A stretch of DNA of 64,000 nucleotides. Origin: Epithemia pelagica. Lineage: Eukaryota; Protista; Bacillariophyta. The stretch lies in the NCBI GenBank assembly GCA_946965045.2, contig OX337241.1, positions 372,001 to 436,000 of the forward strand, in the 5' to 3' direction. The notes beneath the pieces are model-generated. The model had not been told where the DNA came from. It made no database searches and saw only the letters and a list, made by a program, of their open reading frames with translations. The position numbers and the translations under genes are program-made. Position 1 is the stretch's first letter. Every line of letters begins with the position of its first letter. Below, piece after piece: positions 47,106 to 57,876 of this stretch.

Positions 47106-49456
47106 TTATTTCTTGTTGGGTGTAACATCTTCCACCTCGTCGTCGTCGTCATCATCATCATCGTCGTCGTCATCATCGTCGTCGTTTCGTGCATTGCGCT
47201 GTGCCCGTTTCTTGGCACCTGCTATTGCGTCCCCCTTTTTCTTCTTGTTGTCGTCTTGTTCGTCGGCGTCGCCGTCCCCATCTTCATTGTCGTCGTCGTC
47301 CTCATCTTCATCGTCGGAATCTTCTTCGACATGATCATTCAACATTTGTTCAAAGAGTGTTGGTTCATCGTCCAATTCGGCATCTTCGGGATGAATCTTG
47401 TATTCCGGCAAATTCGAATTGTCGAGGGATTCCAAGGAAATGCGCACCTTCTTGTCGGCCCCGACATAGGCATTGGATTTCACCACCAAATCAAATTCAT
47501 AGCGACCCTTGGGCGGGGCCATTAATTTGATATCGTGATGGACCACTCCGGTACTGGCATTGCGACCCTTGGTGGCACTCACCTTTTCAATCGACATGAT
47601 TTTGCCCTCCTTGATTTGCGCCAAAATCACCCACCAGGCTTCTCGTTTGGGAAAGGGAAAGAGGGGCGCATGGACCAAATCGCCTTGGGATTGAAATTGC
47701 GCATCGTCCGCCTCCCATTGATTGCGCGCAATCGACACTCGAATGGTACACACATCGCCTTCGTACACCTTGTCGTCTTCATCGTCTTCGGTAAAAATCT
47801 TGGCTGTCACCGTCACATCGGGATAAATGTACTTGCAATAATTCCGGACATCCGCCTTTTGTTCCTCGGTAAAATTCGCCATGCCCTTGCGATCCTCCTC
47901 GTCTTGGGCCAAGTATTGTTCCACCGTGGTAATTTTGGGACCCTTGCTTTTGCCCACCTTGCCTTCGCAATGCTTGACTTCTTCGGGACCGTAATGGGGC
48001 AATTGCAAGAGGGGCGAATCCTTGACCCACAAGGCTTGCGTCACGTATTGTCCAAATTCAATACAATGAATGGCCGTTTGGGCGGCATCCAAGGATTTGC
48101 AAACAGAAATCATGGCATCAATCAATTCCGTCGCATGTTGCAACATGACCTTCAAATCACTGGCATCCCGTGCCGTCAAGGCGGCCGTTTGTCGCAACAC
48201 GTGCGAATGCATCAAGACATTGCCCTTGATACAGACGGGATGCATATATTTGGGTTTGAGCATGAATTGTTTCAAAGCCGTCGTTTGTTTGGCAATCGAT
48301 TGCTTTTCCTCCACCGACGTGGGTTTGTTGCGTTGCCGAAATTCCGCCGACCCGGCAAAAATTTCCGGCAAGGCCTTGATCAAGGTATGTTCCGACAAGG
48401 CATGATGAAACCAGGCATAGGTATCGTACATGACATTCTTTTCGCCGTATTGACTGGAATCGGCGTAATAGGTATAGACACAATAGGGAATGACGCCCAC
48501 CATAAAAATGAGATAACCGACCAAGACCAAATTCTTGTTGTCGGCATCCAACAAAAAGGCCGGCAAGCCAATCGAGACTTGCATATTTTGACGACCATCC
48601 GGATTGCCATATTTTTCATAATTTTCGCGGGCCGTTTCATCCGTCAAGGCTTCGTAGGCCTTGCTGACCATGACAAATTTGGCTTCGGCGGCTCGATCGC
48701 CCGGATTCTTGTCGGGATGGTACAAGAGACTGAGTTTGCGGTAGGCCTTTTTAATCACCTTATTGTCGGCGCCGTGATCAATTTCCAAAATTTGGTAGGG
48801 ATCAAAGGAATGGACTTGGCCATCGGCCGACACGGACACAATCAACCAAACGAACAGGACCGTCAAGAGAATGGTGACAATCATATTCCACACAAAGAAC
48901 CGAGAGGAAAACAACGACTTTTTGGAATCCGTCTTTAAACGATGGGCCTTTTGTTTCTCGGCGGCTGTACGTGCCACGGCACCAATCGTCTCATCCTTCA
49001 TGGTATACACTTGGTACATGGAACTGCCAATATAATACCACGCTGTAGTAGCAACCACACAAGGATGGTTCACGAGAGAACCAGGACAAACGCAAGTACA
49101 AAACAGGAGTGACAAGAATCCAATGGAAAGCCATGGTCCAGATGGAAACGTCATGTCGTCGTTGTAATTTGCAATCGACAAACGTGTGCCAAACCGTCAA
49201 GGTAGGACAGGAAACGAGAATAGAGTTTCCAGAAGGGCAATCGTCCAAAGACAAAAGAACAACAACAAGAACCAAAGAACAACAATCACAACACTGTGAG
49301 AGAAATGCTGGTCGTCGACACTCTCGCACCACTCGGCACAGACTCGTCGTCCTTGGCCACCGACCACCAACACTGATGGAACTTACAAGGCAAGAGATAA
49401 AAGCTGAGAATGCTCATGGCAAAAAAGTAAAAGGCCGAGTTGTCATATTCCAACAT
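47106..49456 (-). CDS. SEC63: Translocation protein SEC63 (about 668 aa, 2 exons)
   Basis: Exon 49456-49387 (MLEYDNSAFYFFAMSILSFYLLP), intron 49386-49043 (GTAAGT...TACAG), exon 49042-47106. J-domain FDPYQILE...AYRKLSLLYHPDKNPGD; YEKYGNPDG; Sec63 domain with FPFPKREAWWV; acidic tail. Confidence 0.93.
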
Positions 49457-50298
49457 GATGGCACGTTATATTAGGATTCTTTTTGCAGAGGGATGCGATG
49501 GGTGATGGTAGTACGAATGCAAGGACCACACCACAAGGCTTGTTCTTCAACTTGTGTGGTTGTTCGGTGCTTTTGTTGTGGTTCCCACCAAAGAGAGACG
49601 TGCTGTCTCGAACGCGAGAGGACGGATTCTAGAATAGATATGAAATAGGAGAGAGAGAGAGTTCCAACCAAGAACAGATTGTGTTGTTGGATCGTCGAGA
49701 CCAGAAACGTTTGGGAGGCCACTACTACCAAAAACCACTACACCAAACGACGAGAGCAAGTTGCGCAACGGATGGATGTTGATGGAGTAGAGTAGCGAGA
49801 GAGAGTGTGATGTGTTGTGTTTTGTGTTGCCGTGTGGATGGAGGATGGAGCGAAAACTCTCCACGTGTTGCAAATGGGAGTGTCTCGGAACGCGACTTCT
49901 ACGCGACCGACTAACGAGGAATGTAAAGCGACCAACAAGCGATCTGTTATGCGATCAATGACGGAGTCGCGGATAGCTTGCTGGACAACTGTTTGCATTC
50001 TATGTGAGATGTGAAGTGACACCTTTTCTGTCATCGACGCGATCCGGATTGGCACATGGAAAGACACGAGAAATGATTCTTCTGGAATCTTGTGGTGATT
50101 GACATTATAAAAATTCTGGAGATCGACAACGACAACAAGGAGAGAGGGGAAAGAACGAGTTTGCTGGACGCAGTATTGGGTGTCGATCGACTATCGACTC
50201 CAGATCCTTGAGAGAACCAACCGTCCACGAATCCCATCCAACCGATTGTTTGCCACATCTCAGCCTCGATATAAGAACACCAAGAAAAAAGGTCCACG

Positions 50299-52971
50299 AT
50301 GATTCTGTCTCGTCTGAAACAGGGCATTCCTCGTCCTACAACCACGACGACCATGACCAGGATGCCACGACGACACCCAGTCTCGAGTCGCTGGACTCAT
50401 CCCTGGAGGGCAACGACCATTCATTGCTGCTGTTTCAGTAGTGCCGCCGTACCAGAAGTCGAGGACGACGATCCTCCCGCATCCCAGCAGCAACAGCAGC
50501 CATTGCACTATCCTCGCTTGTTTGAACCCTTGCACTTGGGCCCCGACATTGGCGTCTTGCCCAATCGTGTCTTGATGGGATCCATGCATACCGGTTTGGA
50601 AGGCACTTCGATGCCCTCGTGGATGATTCCCCTCGTGACGGGTCGTTTTGAGTCGCACAATCATCACAAATCATTGGATCGCATGGCAGCCTATTTTCAC
50701 GAACGCGCTCAGGGCGGCGTCGGTCTCATGGTGACGGGTGGCATTGCCCCCAATCGCGCCGGATGGACGGCCCCCTTTAGTGGTCAATTGACCAATCACG
50801 ACGAAATGGTCCGCCATCAAGTCGTGACCCAAGCCGTGCACAGTGTCCAAGTCCCCATTGTCGGGCAACCACAGCAACCGCAAGCCGCCGGGGGTGAACC
50901 AACCACCACAGATGCCGGATTGCCCTCATCGGTTCCGGCTCGTATTTGTTTGCAAATTTTGCATGCCGGTCGCTATGCCTATCATCCTTGGGCCGTTTCG
51001 GCCAGTGCCACGCAGTCGCCCATTTCGCCCTTTCGGGCACGAGCTCTGAGTCGGTCCGACTTGGACGCCACCAAGCGGGATTTTCTTCAAACGGCCGTCT
51101 TGGCCCAACAAGCCGGATACGACGGCGTCGAAGTCATGGCCAGTGAAGGCTACTTGTTGTCCCAATTCTTGTCCCCCCGCACCAATCATCGCACCGATGA
51201 GTACGGTGGACCCAGCTTGGAAAATCGCGCTCGATGGCCCTTGGAAATTCTGCGCGACATGCGACAGGCCGTGGGACCGAACTTCATTATTATTTTTCGA
51301 CTCAGCTTGTTGGATTTGGTCAAGGATGGCTTGTCCTTTGACGAATCCGTCATGGTGGCCCAAGCCGTTCAAGATGCGGGTGCCACCATTTTGAATACCG
51401 GCATTGGCTGGCACGAATCGCGGGTACCCACCATTCACACGTCGGTCCCCCGTGCCGCCTTTAGTTTTCCCACTCACGCCTTGAAACAAGCGAATGTCGT
51501 CGACATTCCCATTGTCGCCACAAATCGCATCAATCATCCCCAAACGGCCGAAGACTTGTTGATGCGAGATTCCTGCGATTTGATTTCCATGGCCCGACCC
51601 TTTTTGGCCGATGCCCAATTGCTGCAAAAGGCTCGAACCGGTCAGACGGCCGAAATCAATACCTGCATTGGCTGCAATCAAGCCTGTTTGGATCATGCCT
51701 TTGTCGGCCGAACGGCCAGTTGTTTGGTCAATCCCCGCGCCTGTCACGAAACGGAATTGCCCCAGCGGACACAGCCCCTGCCCCAATCACAACGACTCAC
51801 CCTTGGAGTGGTGGGAGCCGGACCGGCTGGATGTGCCTTGGCCGTCACGGCGGCCCATGAATTGGGCCATGACGTGGTCGTCTACGACAAGGATTGTCGG
51901 ATTGGTGGACAATTTCAAATGGCCCAACAAATTCCCGGCAAGGAGGAATTTACCGAAACGCTCCGCTACTTTGAGACACTCTTGCACAAGCCCCCGACGA
52001 CGACAACGACGACGCCCAATAATGACGACAACACGAACGACACGAACAATCGTCGTCCCGGATCGATTGAGGTACGATTGAATACGTACTTGACGGCGGC
52101 TCAAATGGACGCTGACACGACGGTCGACGTGTGGATTGATGCCACGGGCGTGGAACCACGCAATCCCCACATTCCCGGACAAGACCACGCGCCCAATGTC
52201 GTCACGTACATTGATGTCTTGAAACATCACGTACCTGTCGGTCAGCGTGTCGCCCTCATTGGAGCCGGCGGCATTGGCTTTGATGTGGCCGAATACTTGT
52301 TGCATCATTCGGCAGCGGATCAGGATACGACAGTCACGGCACCGGCCGATGTGGATCCGCAAACCTTTTGGAAGACGTGGGGAATTGATACCAGTTTGCA
52401 AACGCGAGGAGGATTGGTCTCGTCCGCCGAGAACGACAAGAACCAGAAACACGAGACGGCATCCTCGTCCCCCCAACCACAACGACAATTGTACTTGTTG
52501 CAACGCAAAACGTCCAAATTGGGCAAGGGATTGGGAAAAACCACGGGATGGATTCATCGAACCACCTTGAAACAATCGGGGGCGGTGGAAATGATTGCCG
52601 GTGCCACCTACAACGAAATTGACCCACAAGGCCGATTGCACATTTCCATTACTGACCCCAAGAACAAGACCACCAAGACGAATCGAGTTTTGGACGTGGA
52701 TACCATTGTCCTGTGTTCCGGACAAGTGGAACATACCACACTCCGAGACGAAGCGTCTCCCGCGTTGCGGCGACGCCTCTATGCCATTGGTGGAGCCTAT
52801 CAGGCGGGAGAATTGGATGCGAAACGTGCCATTGACATGGGAACCCGGTTGGCCCACCAATTGCATACCCTCCACGCACAAGATACGGATGCTTCCACCT
52901 ATGTGCATCCCGGACCACCACCACCGGGCGTGGAACAATCCATGTTTCAACTCTTGAGAAAACTCATGTAA
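50299..52971 (+). CDS. fadH: NADPH-dependent 2,4-dienoyl-CoA reductase, FadH type (FMN / 4Fe-4S / FAD)
   Basis: LPNRVLMGSMHTGLE, GYDGVEVMASEGYLLSQFL, SMARPFLAD, Fe-S motif CIGCNQACLDH, GAGPAG, GAGGIGFDVAE, ELDAKRAI. The N-terminal extension looks like an organellar presequence. Confidence 0.92.
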   Translation: MILSRLKQGIPRPTTTTTMTRMPRRHPVSSRWTHPWRATTIHCCCFSSAAVPEVEDDDPPASQQQQQPLHYPRLFEPLHLGPDIGVLPNRVLMGSMHTGLEGTSMPSWMIPLVTGRFESHNHHKSLDRMAAYFHERAQGGVGLMVTGGIAPNRAGWTAPFSGQLTNHDEMVRHQVVTQAVHSVQVPIVGQPQQPQAAGGEPTTTDAGLPSSVPARICLQILHAGRYAYHPWAVSASATQSPISPFRARALSRSDLDATKRDFLQTAVLAQQAGYDGVEVMASEGYLLSQFLSPRTNHRTDEYGGPSLENRARWPLEILRDMRQAVGPNFIIIFRLSLLDLVKDGLSFDESVMVAQAVQDAGATILNTGIGWHESRVPTIHTSVPRAAFSFPTHALKQANVVDIPIVATNRINHPQTAEDLLMRDSCDLISMARPFLADAQLLQKARTGQTAEINTCIGCNQACLDHAFVGRTASCLVNPRACHETELPQRTQPLPQSQRLTLGVVGAGPAGCALAVTAAHELGHDVVVYDKDCRIGGQFQMAQQIPGKEEFTETLRYFETLLHKPPTTTTTTPNNDDNTNDTNNRRPGSIEVRLNTYLTAAQMDADTTVDVWIDATGVEPRNPHIPGQDHAPNVVTYIDVLKHHVPVGQRVALIGAGGIGFDVAEYLLHHSAADQDTTVTAPADVDPQTFWKTWGIDTSLQTRGGLVSSAENDKNQKHETASSSPQPQRQLYLLQRKTSKLGKGLGKTTGWIHRTTLKQSGAVEMIAGATYNEIDPQGRLHISITDPKNKTTKTNRVLDVDTIVLCSGQVEHTTLRDEASPALRRRLYAIGGAYQAGELDAKRAIDMGTRLAHQLHTLHAQDTDASTYVHPGPPPPGVEQSMFQLLRKLM

Positions 52972-53084
52972 CACGTGTCTCAACCAACACAGGGGGGAGA
53001 AACTACCGTTTGTGTGAGAGATAACAAATAATACTAGGTACGAGTCCATCTATTCCAAATAGCATCGATATCGTTTCTTGTACA

Positions 53085-56042
53085 CTACACAGCAAATGCC
53101 AAGGCAGCATTGGCGACATGTTGATGATCCATGACAGGCTGCTGCACTTCCTCCTGTACATCACCAACCACCAAGGAACTGACACTCATTTTGGTATTGC
53201 CCGTTCCACTCGACAGTTTTACAATCACACTCGTGTCGTCACTGGGAAACAATTGGGCGGTCAATGGGGTATCGTCCTCTTCCTCTTCTGAATTCTCGTT
53301 GCAGTCTGATTCTTCCACGACCTCCGTGTTGTTGTGAACTTTTTCGGTCACAACAAGCGTGTCGTCCTGGTGGGGTTGCTTATCATGGTCGACCACATCG
53401 TCCGATTTGTTGTCGTCATGATCAATGCTGGAACACCCTTTTCTAATTTTGGAGTCGTACTTGTTGGCCAAGGACAACATCAAGTGTCCGATATAAACTT
53501 GAATGAACAAGAGCAATCCCATGGCCAAGGAAAGAACCATGGTAAAGGTTTGCTTGGTGATATTGCCCATGTCGAACCACTCCGAAAAGCTGTGCGCACC
53601 GAGTTTCCACGAGGCATCGGCTCCTGATCCACTTTGTGCCAAGACGGTAGCCACCATACCAATCACGGCGAGCTTGCAGACGATAAACATCCATCCCGAT
53701 ACCCGACAGAGAGGTGGCCACCAAGGCCGATGAGCATAGCCAAAATTCTTGAGCAACAATGTCAAGTAAAAGGGTTGTTCCGTCACTGCCATGAGTGTCA
53801 ATTGCATTCCCACCTTGACACAAACTACAAACCCAAAGGTCGAATTGGCCGTGGCGTAAATGAAAATGACCAAGAGAACCGCCACTGAATGGTGTAACAC
53901 AACCGTCCATCGAATTTGAATGCGATAAAAGAGCTCCACCAAGTACAACAAGGATTGTACCAGTATCATGCATCGGGCCAACTTCCATGTTTCTTGTCCC
54001 GTTGCCGCGTCATAGGTATCCGTCGCAGGAAAGGTACGGATGACTTCCGTCAACACAATCGGCAATGCGACCAAACTGAAGACGAGATGAATGACATAAA
54101 TGGTAGTATTCCGACGTTCCCGTTCGGAATCAATGCGTTGGATACGAGGCCATTGCGACACGATAAAACCACTGGCAAAAATGAAAATGACAATTGTCTG
54201 AGCAGGAATTTCCGGAGACGCAAATGTCGTTTTCGGCAATTGCACTTGATCACGAATCACCAATTCACAATTACTTTCATCTGCCATTGGCTGATAAAAG
54301 CTATCTGCATTGGGCTCAAACTGTGCGAACTCGTACTCCAAAGTTTCCGGAAGGCGACCATCGGACAATCCCATGTAGCATCCCAAAAATGGATCTCCGT
54401 CCTTCATCATGTATCCCACTGCATAATCCACATTGGGAAGTTCAGGAGCTATACCCAAAACCAATACACACATTTCGTCATCCATCGACCACCCTCCAAC
54501 AATGTCACGATCGGGCAAGGGACGGTAGCTACAGGTTACAATCAAAGTATCTCCGGGCAGGAGTTTCCACAAATCTTATGTCGGTGCTTCCGCATCAAAG
54601 TCGTACATATCATACTGAACGACGTTTGCAATGTGAACACCATTGCGAATGAGTTTGACTTGAGCTTGATATCCAGCAACTTCGTTCATATGCACATGGG
54701 ACGAAAATACTTGGACGCCTTGTGTTGGTATAATGGCTCGTGTCGCATCCGATGAGATTTGAAACGACAAGGACAGTTTGCGGCGTTGTGGATCAGCTGG
54801 TATCTGAATGGTACTGTGTTGTCCGTACATATGAATCAGTTGACCAGGGTTGGTCAATTGACTGGATGCGACTACCAACGGTGGTTCCACCCACAGACGT
54901 AATCCCACCGAGTCATCTTCAATATCCGAACCATCAGAGTTGTCATAGTGGACCATGAGGACGTATAGACCCTGACGAAGCGGAATATGAACGGATGCTG
55001 GAGTTTCGATAATACCAGAACCGGCTTGGGTGAAATGGCGCTCGCACGATTGAGGGACATAATCCATACAATTCGAAACGACAACACCGTCCTCAAACAG
55101 CGATGGATCAAGAGCTTCGGGATCTCTGCAATGGTATACCACTTGATGATGCAGGTAGGATGGATACGTCGATGAATCCATACCAGCAGTATTTCCACTC
55201 CATGCGACTTGAACAGCAATTAAATTCAAATCAAGAGGCATGGAAAAGGCGGCGCAACGATGAGCTATGGTCTCGCTGGAGCTCACAGTTGTATTCATCA
55301 GCTGGACGTCTATAGCAATTGGTGCAGTCGATGTCATAGGATTGCCATGGAAACGGACACCAGGACTCAGAAAGCTTGAAGAACTAACGCTGTCGGGTTG
55401 GCCATCGGTGGCAGAGTCTTCTTCAGGGATATCTGGTAACACTAGCTTCCTAGCAGTCAATAAGTCTTCATCCACGAAAAGGTTCACCAATGCCTTGCCA
55501 TACTGGGGACCATGATATTGGATATCTCCTGTTTCTGGATCGGTGGGACCTGAAGCACAGATGATGTATCTCTTTGTGGCCACTGTAATGCTCATATCAT
55601 CTTTATCACACGTTTCCAGTCGTCTTCTCAATAAGGCGCGTATCCGATCTTGATCATCGACATATGCTTGCAATAGTTCGACGTTCTGCAAGACATCCAG
55701 TTCTGGTTTCTCGTAGTCTTGAGAGTAACGGTCATCGACTTCGAAACCGTTGTCATTATTAATCCTTCGGACCATCATGATATCGGCACCTCGCATGCCA
55801 CGTGTTCCGGACAAGCCCAGTCCTACCCAATCAGCTCCAGGGACACTTCGAACCGCAAAAGTTGCTTGTTGGGCTTCTCGATCAATCGTCCATTCGACAT
55901 CGGAACATCCAGTTCCCTCCACCTCCACTCGCCGCTCCAGTCCAAACTCATTCTTTGTTGAGGTCGATGCGACTGAAGATGAGCATAGAGCGTGGGTCAA
56001 CAACAAAAACAGAGCTTTTACTCTCCTGCCTTTTGGCCACAT
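53085..56042 (-). pseudogene. DOMON + copper type II monooxygenase (DBH/MOXD1-like) + multi-pass TM domain, with one in-frame TAA
   Basis: ORFs 56054-54576 and 54572-53085 are in the same frame, separated by TAA GAT (...DFDAEAPT*DLWKLLPGDTLIVTCSY...). Signal peptide; DOMON WVGLGLS...GMRGADIM; copper ligand motifs LHH, LMVHY, HVH and DEMC; about 7 TM segments at the C-terminus. Confidence 0.8.
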
Positions 56043-56391
56043 TTCAGTTCGCAATTCGTGTGCTTGTCCACTTGATGTGTTTCGACGACAGTCGAGAAGA
56101 GAATTTATGAACTGGGTTGTTGTTTTCCTTACTAGCGAGTAAAGAAAAGGACTCTTGTTGCAAAAATTGTGTGTCTACGGTGTTAGGTTCTACGTCTCCG
56201 TTCCCAACTGTCGTCGATGCGTTGAATCGTTGGTGGAGACGTTGTATCACCAATTTGGGCGACGAGATGTGTTATGGACGGGCCTGCCACCGTTCGTGGG
56301 ATATCGCTGCCTCTAAGTATCTTCTGATTCACTTAGGGCCATGGACCGTTATGACAATGGTCATGGGATCCCGTCCTTAAGAACAACAATG

Positions 56392-56760
56392 GGTACGTGG
56401 TGTTTCAAGACATCAATGTACGTGACGACATTTGGCGCTTGGTCTTGTCCGGGAATGTGGGGATTGCGTGGTTCCACGCCCGTGGCATCAATCCACACGT
56501 CAACCGTCGTGTCAGCGTCCATTTGAGCCGCCGTCAAGTACGTATTCAATCGTACCTCAATCGATCCGGGACGACGATTGTTCGTGTCGTTCGTGTTGTC
56601 GTCATTATTGGGCGTCGTCGTTGTCGTCGTCGGGGGCTTGTGCAAGAGTGTCTCAAAGTAGCGGAGCGTTTCGGTAAATTCTTCCTTGCCAGGAATTTGT
56701 TGGGCCATTTGAAATTGTCCACCAATCCGACAATCCTTGTCGTAGACGACCACGTCATGG
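56392..56760 (-). repeat. Inverted 369-bp copy of an internal fadH segment (51867-52235)
   Basis: Base-by-base comparison gives 6 substitutions, no indels (about 98.4% identity) and sharp ends. Confidence 0.95.
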
Positions 56761-56824
56761 TGGGTGAACTGACGTCACATTCTTCATTCTAATGATGCCT
56801 ACAGTGGCCAAACTCTTATTGTTA

Positions 56825-57078
56825 GCAAATGGAGCTTCAATGTTTTTTATTATTGTATATATGCATTTATTTCGTGGGCTCTATTGGGGATCATATATTG
56901 AACCGCGTGAATATATATGGTCATCGGGTGTAATTATTTTATTATTAATGATGGGAACTGCATTTACTGGTTATGTTTTACCTTGGGGTCAAATGAGTTT
57001 TTCGGGAGCGACTGTAATAACAAGTATGCTATCAATTTTACCAAAAGGTCAAATTATCGTTGAATGGTTATGGGGCGG
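56825..57078 (+). pseudogene. cob: NUMT: fragment of mitochondrial cytochrome b
   Basis: AT-rich 254 bp encoding [24 protein letters not shown]...[22 protein letters not shown]...EWLWGG. The conserved W of QMSFWGATVIT is TCG (Ser). Truncated at both ends. Confidence 0.93.
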
Positions 57079-57081
57079 CAA

Positions 57082-57655
57082 ATTCCAGAATCCTTGGAAT
57101 CCTTGGAATCTCCTCCAGCAGCTGGTCTCATTTTCAACAACACACCCACAGTATTCTTATTTTTATTTGGAACACTGTGGTCTATTGGAATGCACAAACC
57201 ACAAAGGTGATGGAGCATTGGATGTACCACAATGGTCGTCTCACCCCGTGTCTGATGGTGCTCAGTGTCCTGCTAAGTCACTTGTTGGTGCCGTGGATCG
57301 ACTCCTTGTGGAACCTGGATCCGTGTCGTCACACGACGGACCATCCGAATCCCTTTGTGGCACTGCACATGGAGGATCCCACAACCGACTTGCATCTCGT
57401 CAAACAAGCCTATCGCAAACTCTTCCTCCTCTATCATCCGGATTTTTATTCCGAGTAGTTGTGTAGTCTATAAAAAGACGTTTCGCCTGTACTAGAGAAG
57501 TACCTCCCAAAGTCCGACCATTTCCAAGAGATATCATAATAGATGAGGAACCAACGACGAGCACTTCTCCTTTTGTCTCGTTCGAGTTTGTCAAACGGCA
57601 ATCAACTCCTCATGGTGAAATCGACTCTCGGGGCTGCTGTGAGTATGACGTACCT
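57082..57655 (+). repeat. 574-bp copy of the 3' end and downstream flank of the J-domain gene (27402-27962)
   Basis: About 18 substitutions plus four indels (+9 tandem TCCTTGGAA, -1, -8, +13). The copy keeps YHPDFYSE* and about 190 bp of 3' flank. Confidence 0.95.
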
Positions 57656-57727
57656 GCATGGAGTCGTTCTTGGGTCGCTGAAAGATCCCGATAGAAAATT
57701 AGACCGCTTCGCGGTAAAGAGTCGACT

Positions 57728-57876
57728 AAGTTCAGTATCTGTTATCTGTGCAGTGGAATCCGTGACTGAACGAACCAGAAGTACTGAAATATGTAGACTA
57801 CTTAGGAGTGAGAATAAAGAGAGACGGTGTAACTGAACTTGCTCTGTACTCCTGGGAGTAGTTATGGAATTCTAGT
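57728..57876 (+). other. Inverted repeat + hairpin + CTAG/T junction (Helitron/Helentron-like terminus, tentative)
   Basis: AAGTTCAGT (57728-57736) and ACTGAACTT (57832-57840) form a 9-bp inverted repeat. Hairpin TACTCC-tg-GGAGTA at 57847-57860, 11-nt spacer, CTAG at 57872-57875, then T. The sequence pattern is certain; the element interpretation is weak. Confidence 0.3.

Noticed and set aside
47535-48938. 467-aa plus-strand ORF
   Set aside because: Antisense shadow of SEC63.
51787-53049. 420-aa minus-strand ORF
   Set aside because: Antisense shadow of fadH.
13437-54578. Alternative genetic code or general stop-codon reassignment to explain in-frame stops in two genes
   Set aside because: All three stop types are involved, other long genes have no internal stops, and TAA, TAG and TGA all end normal genes here.
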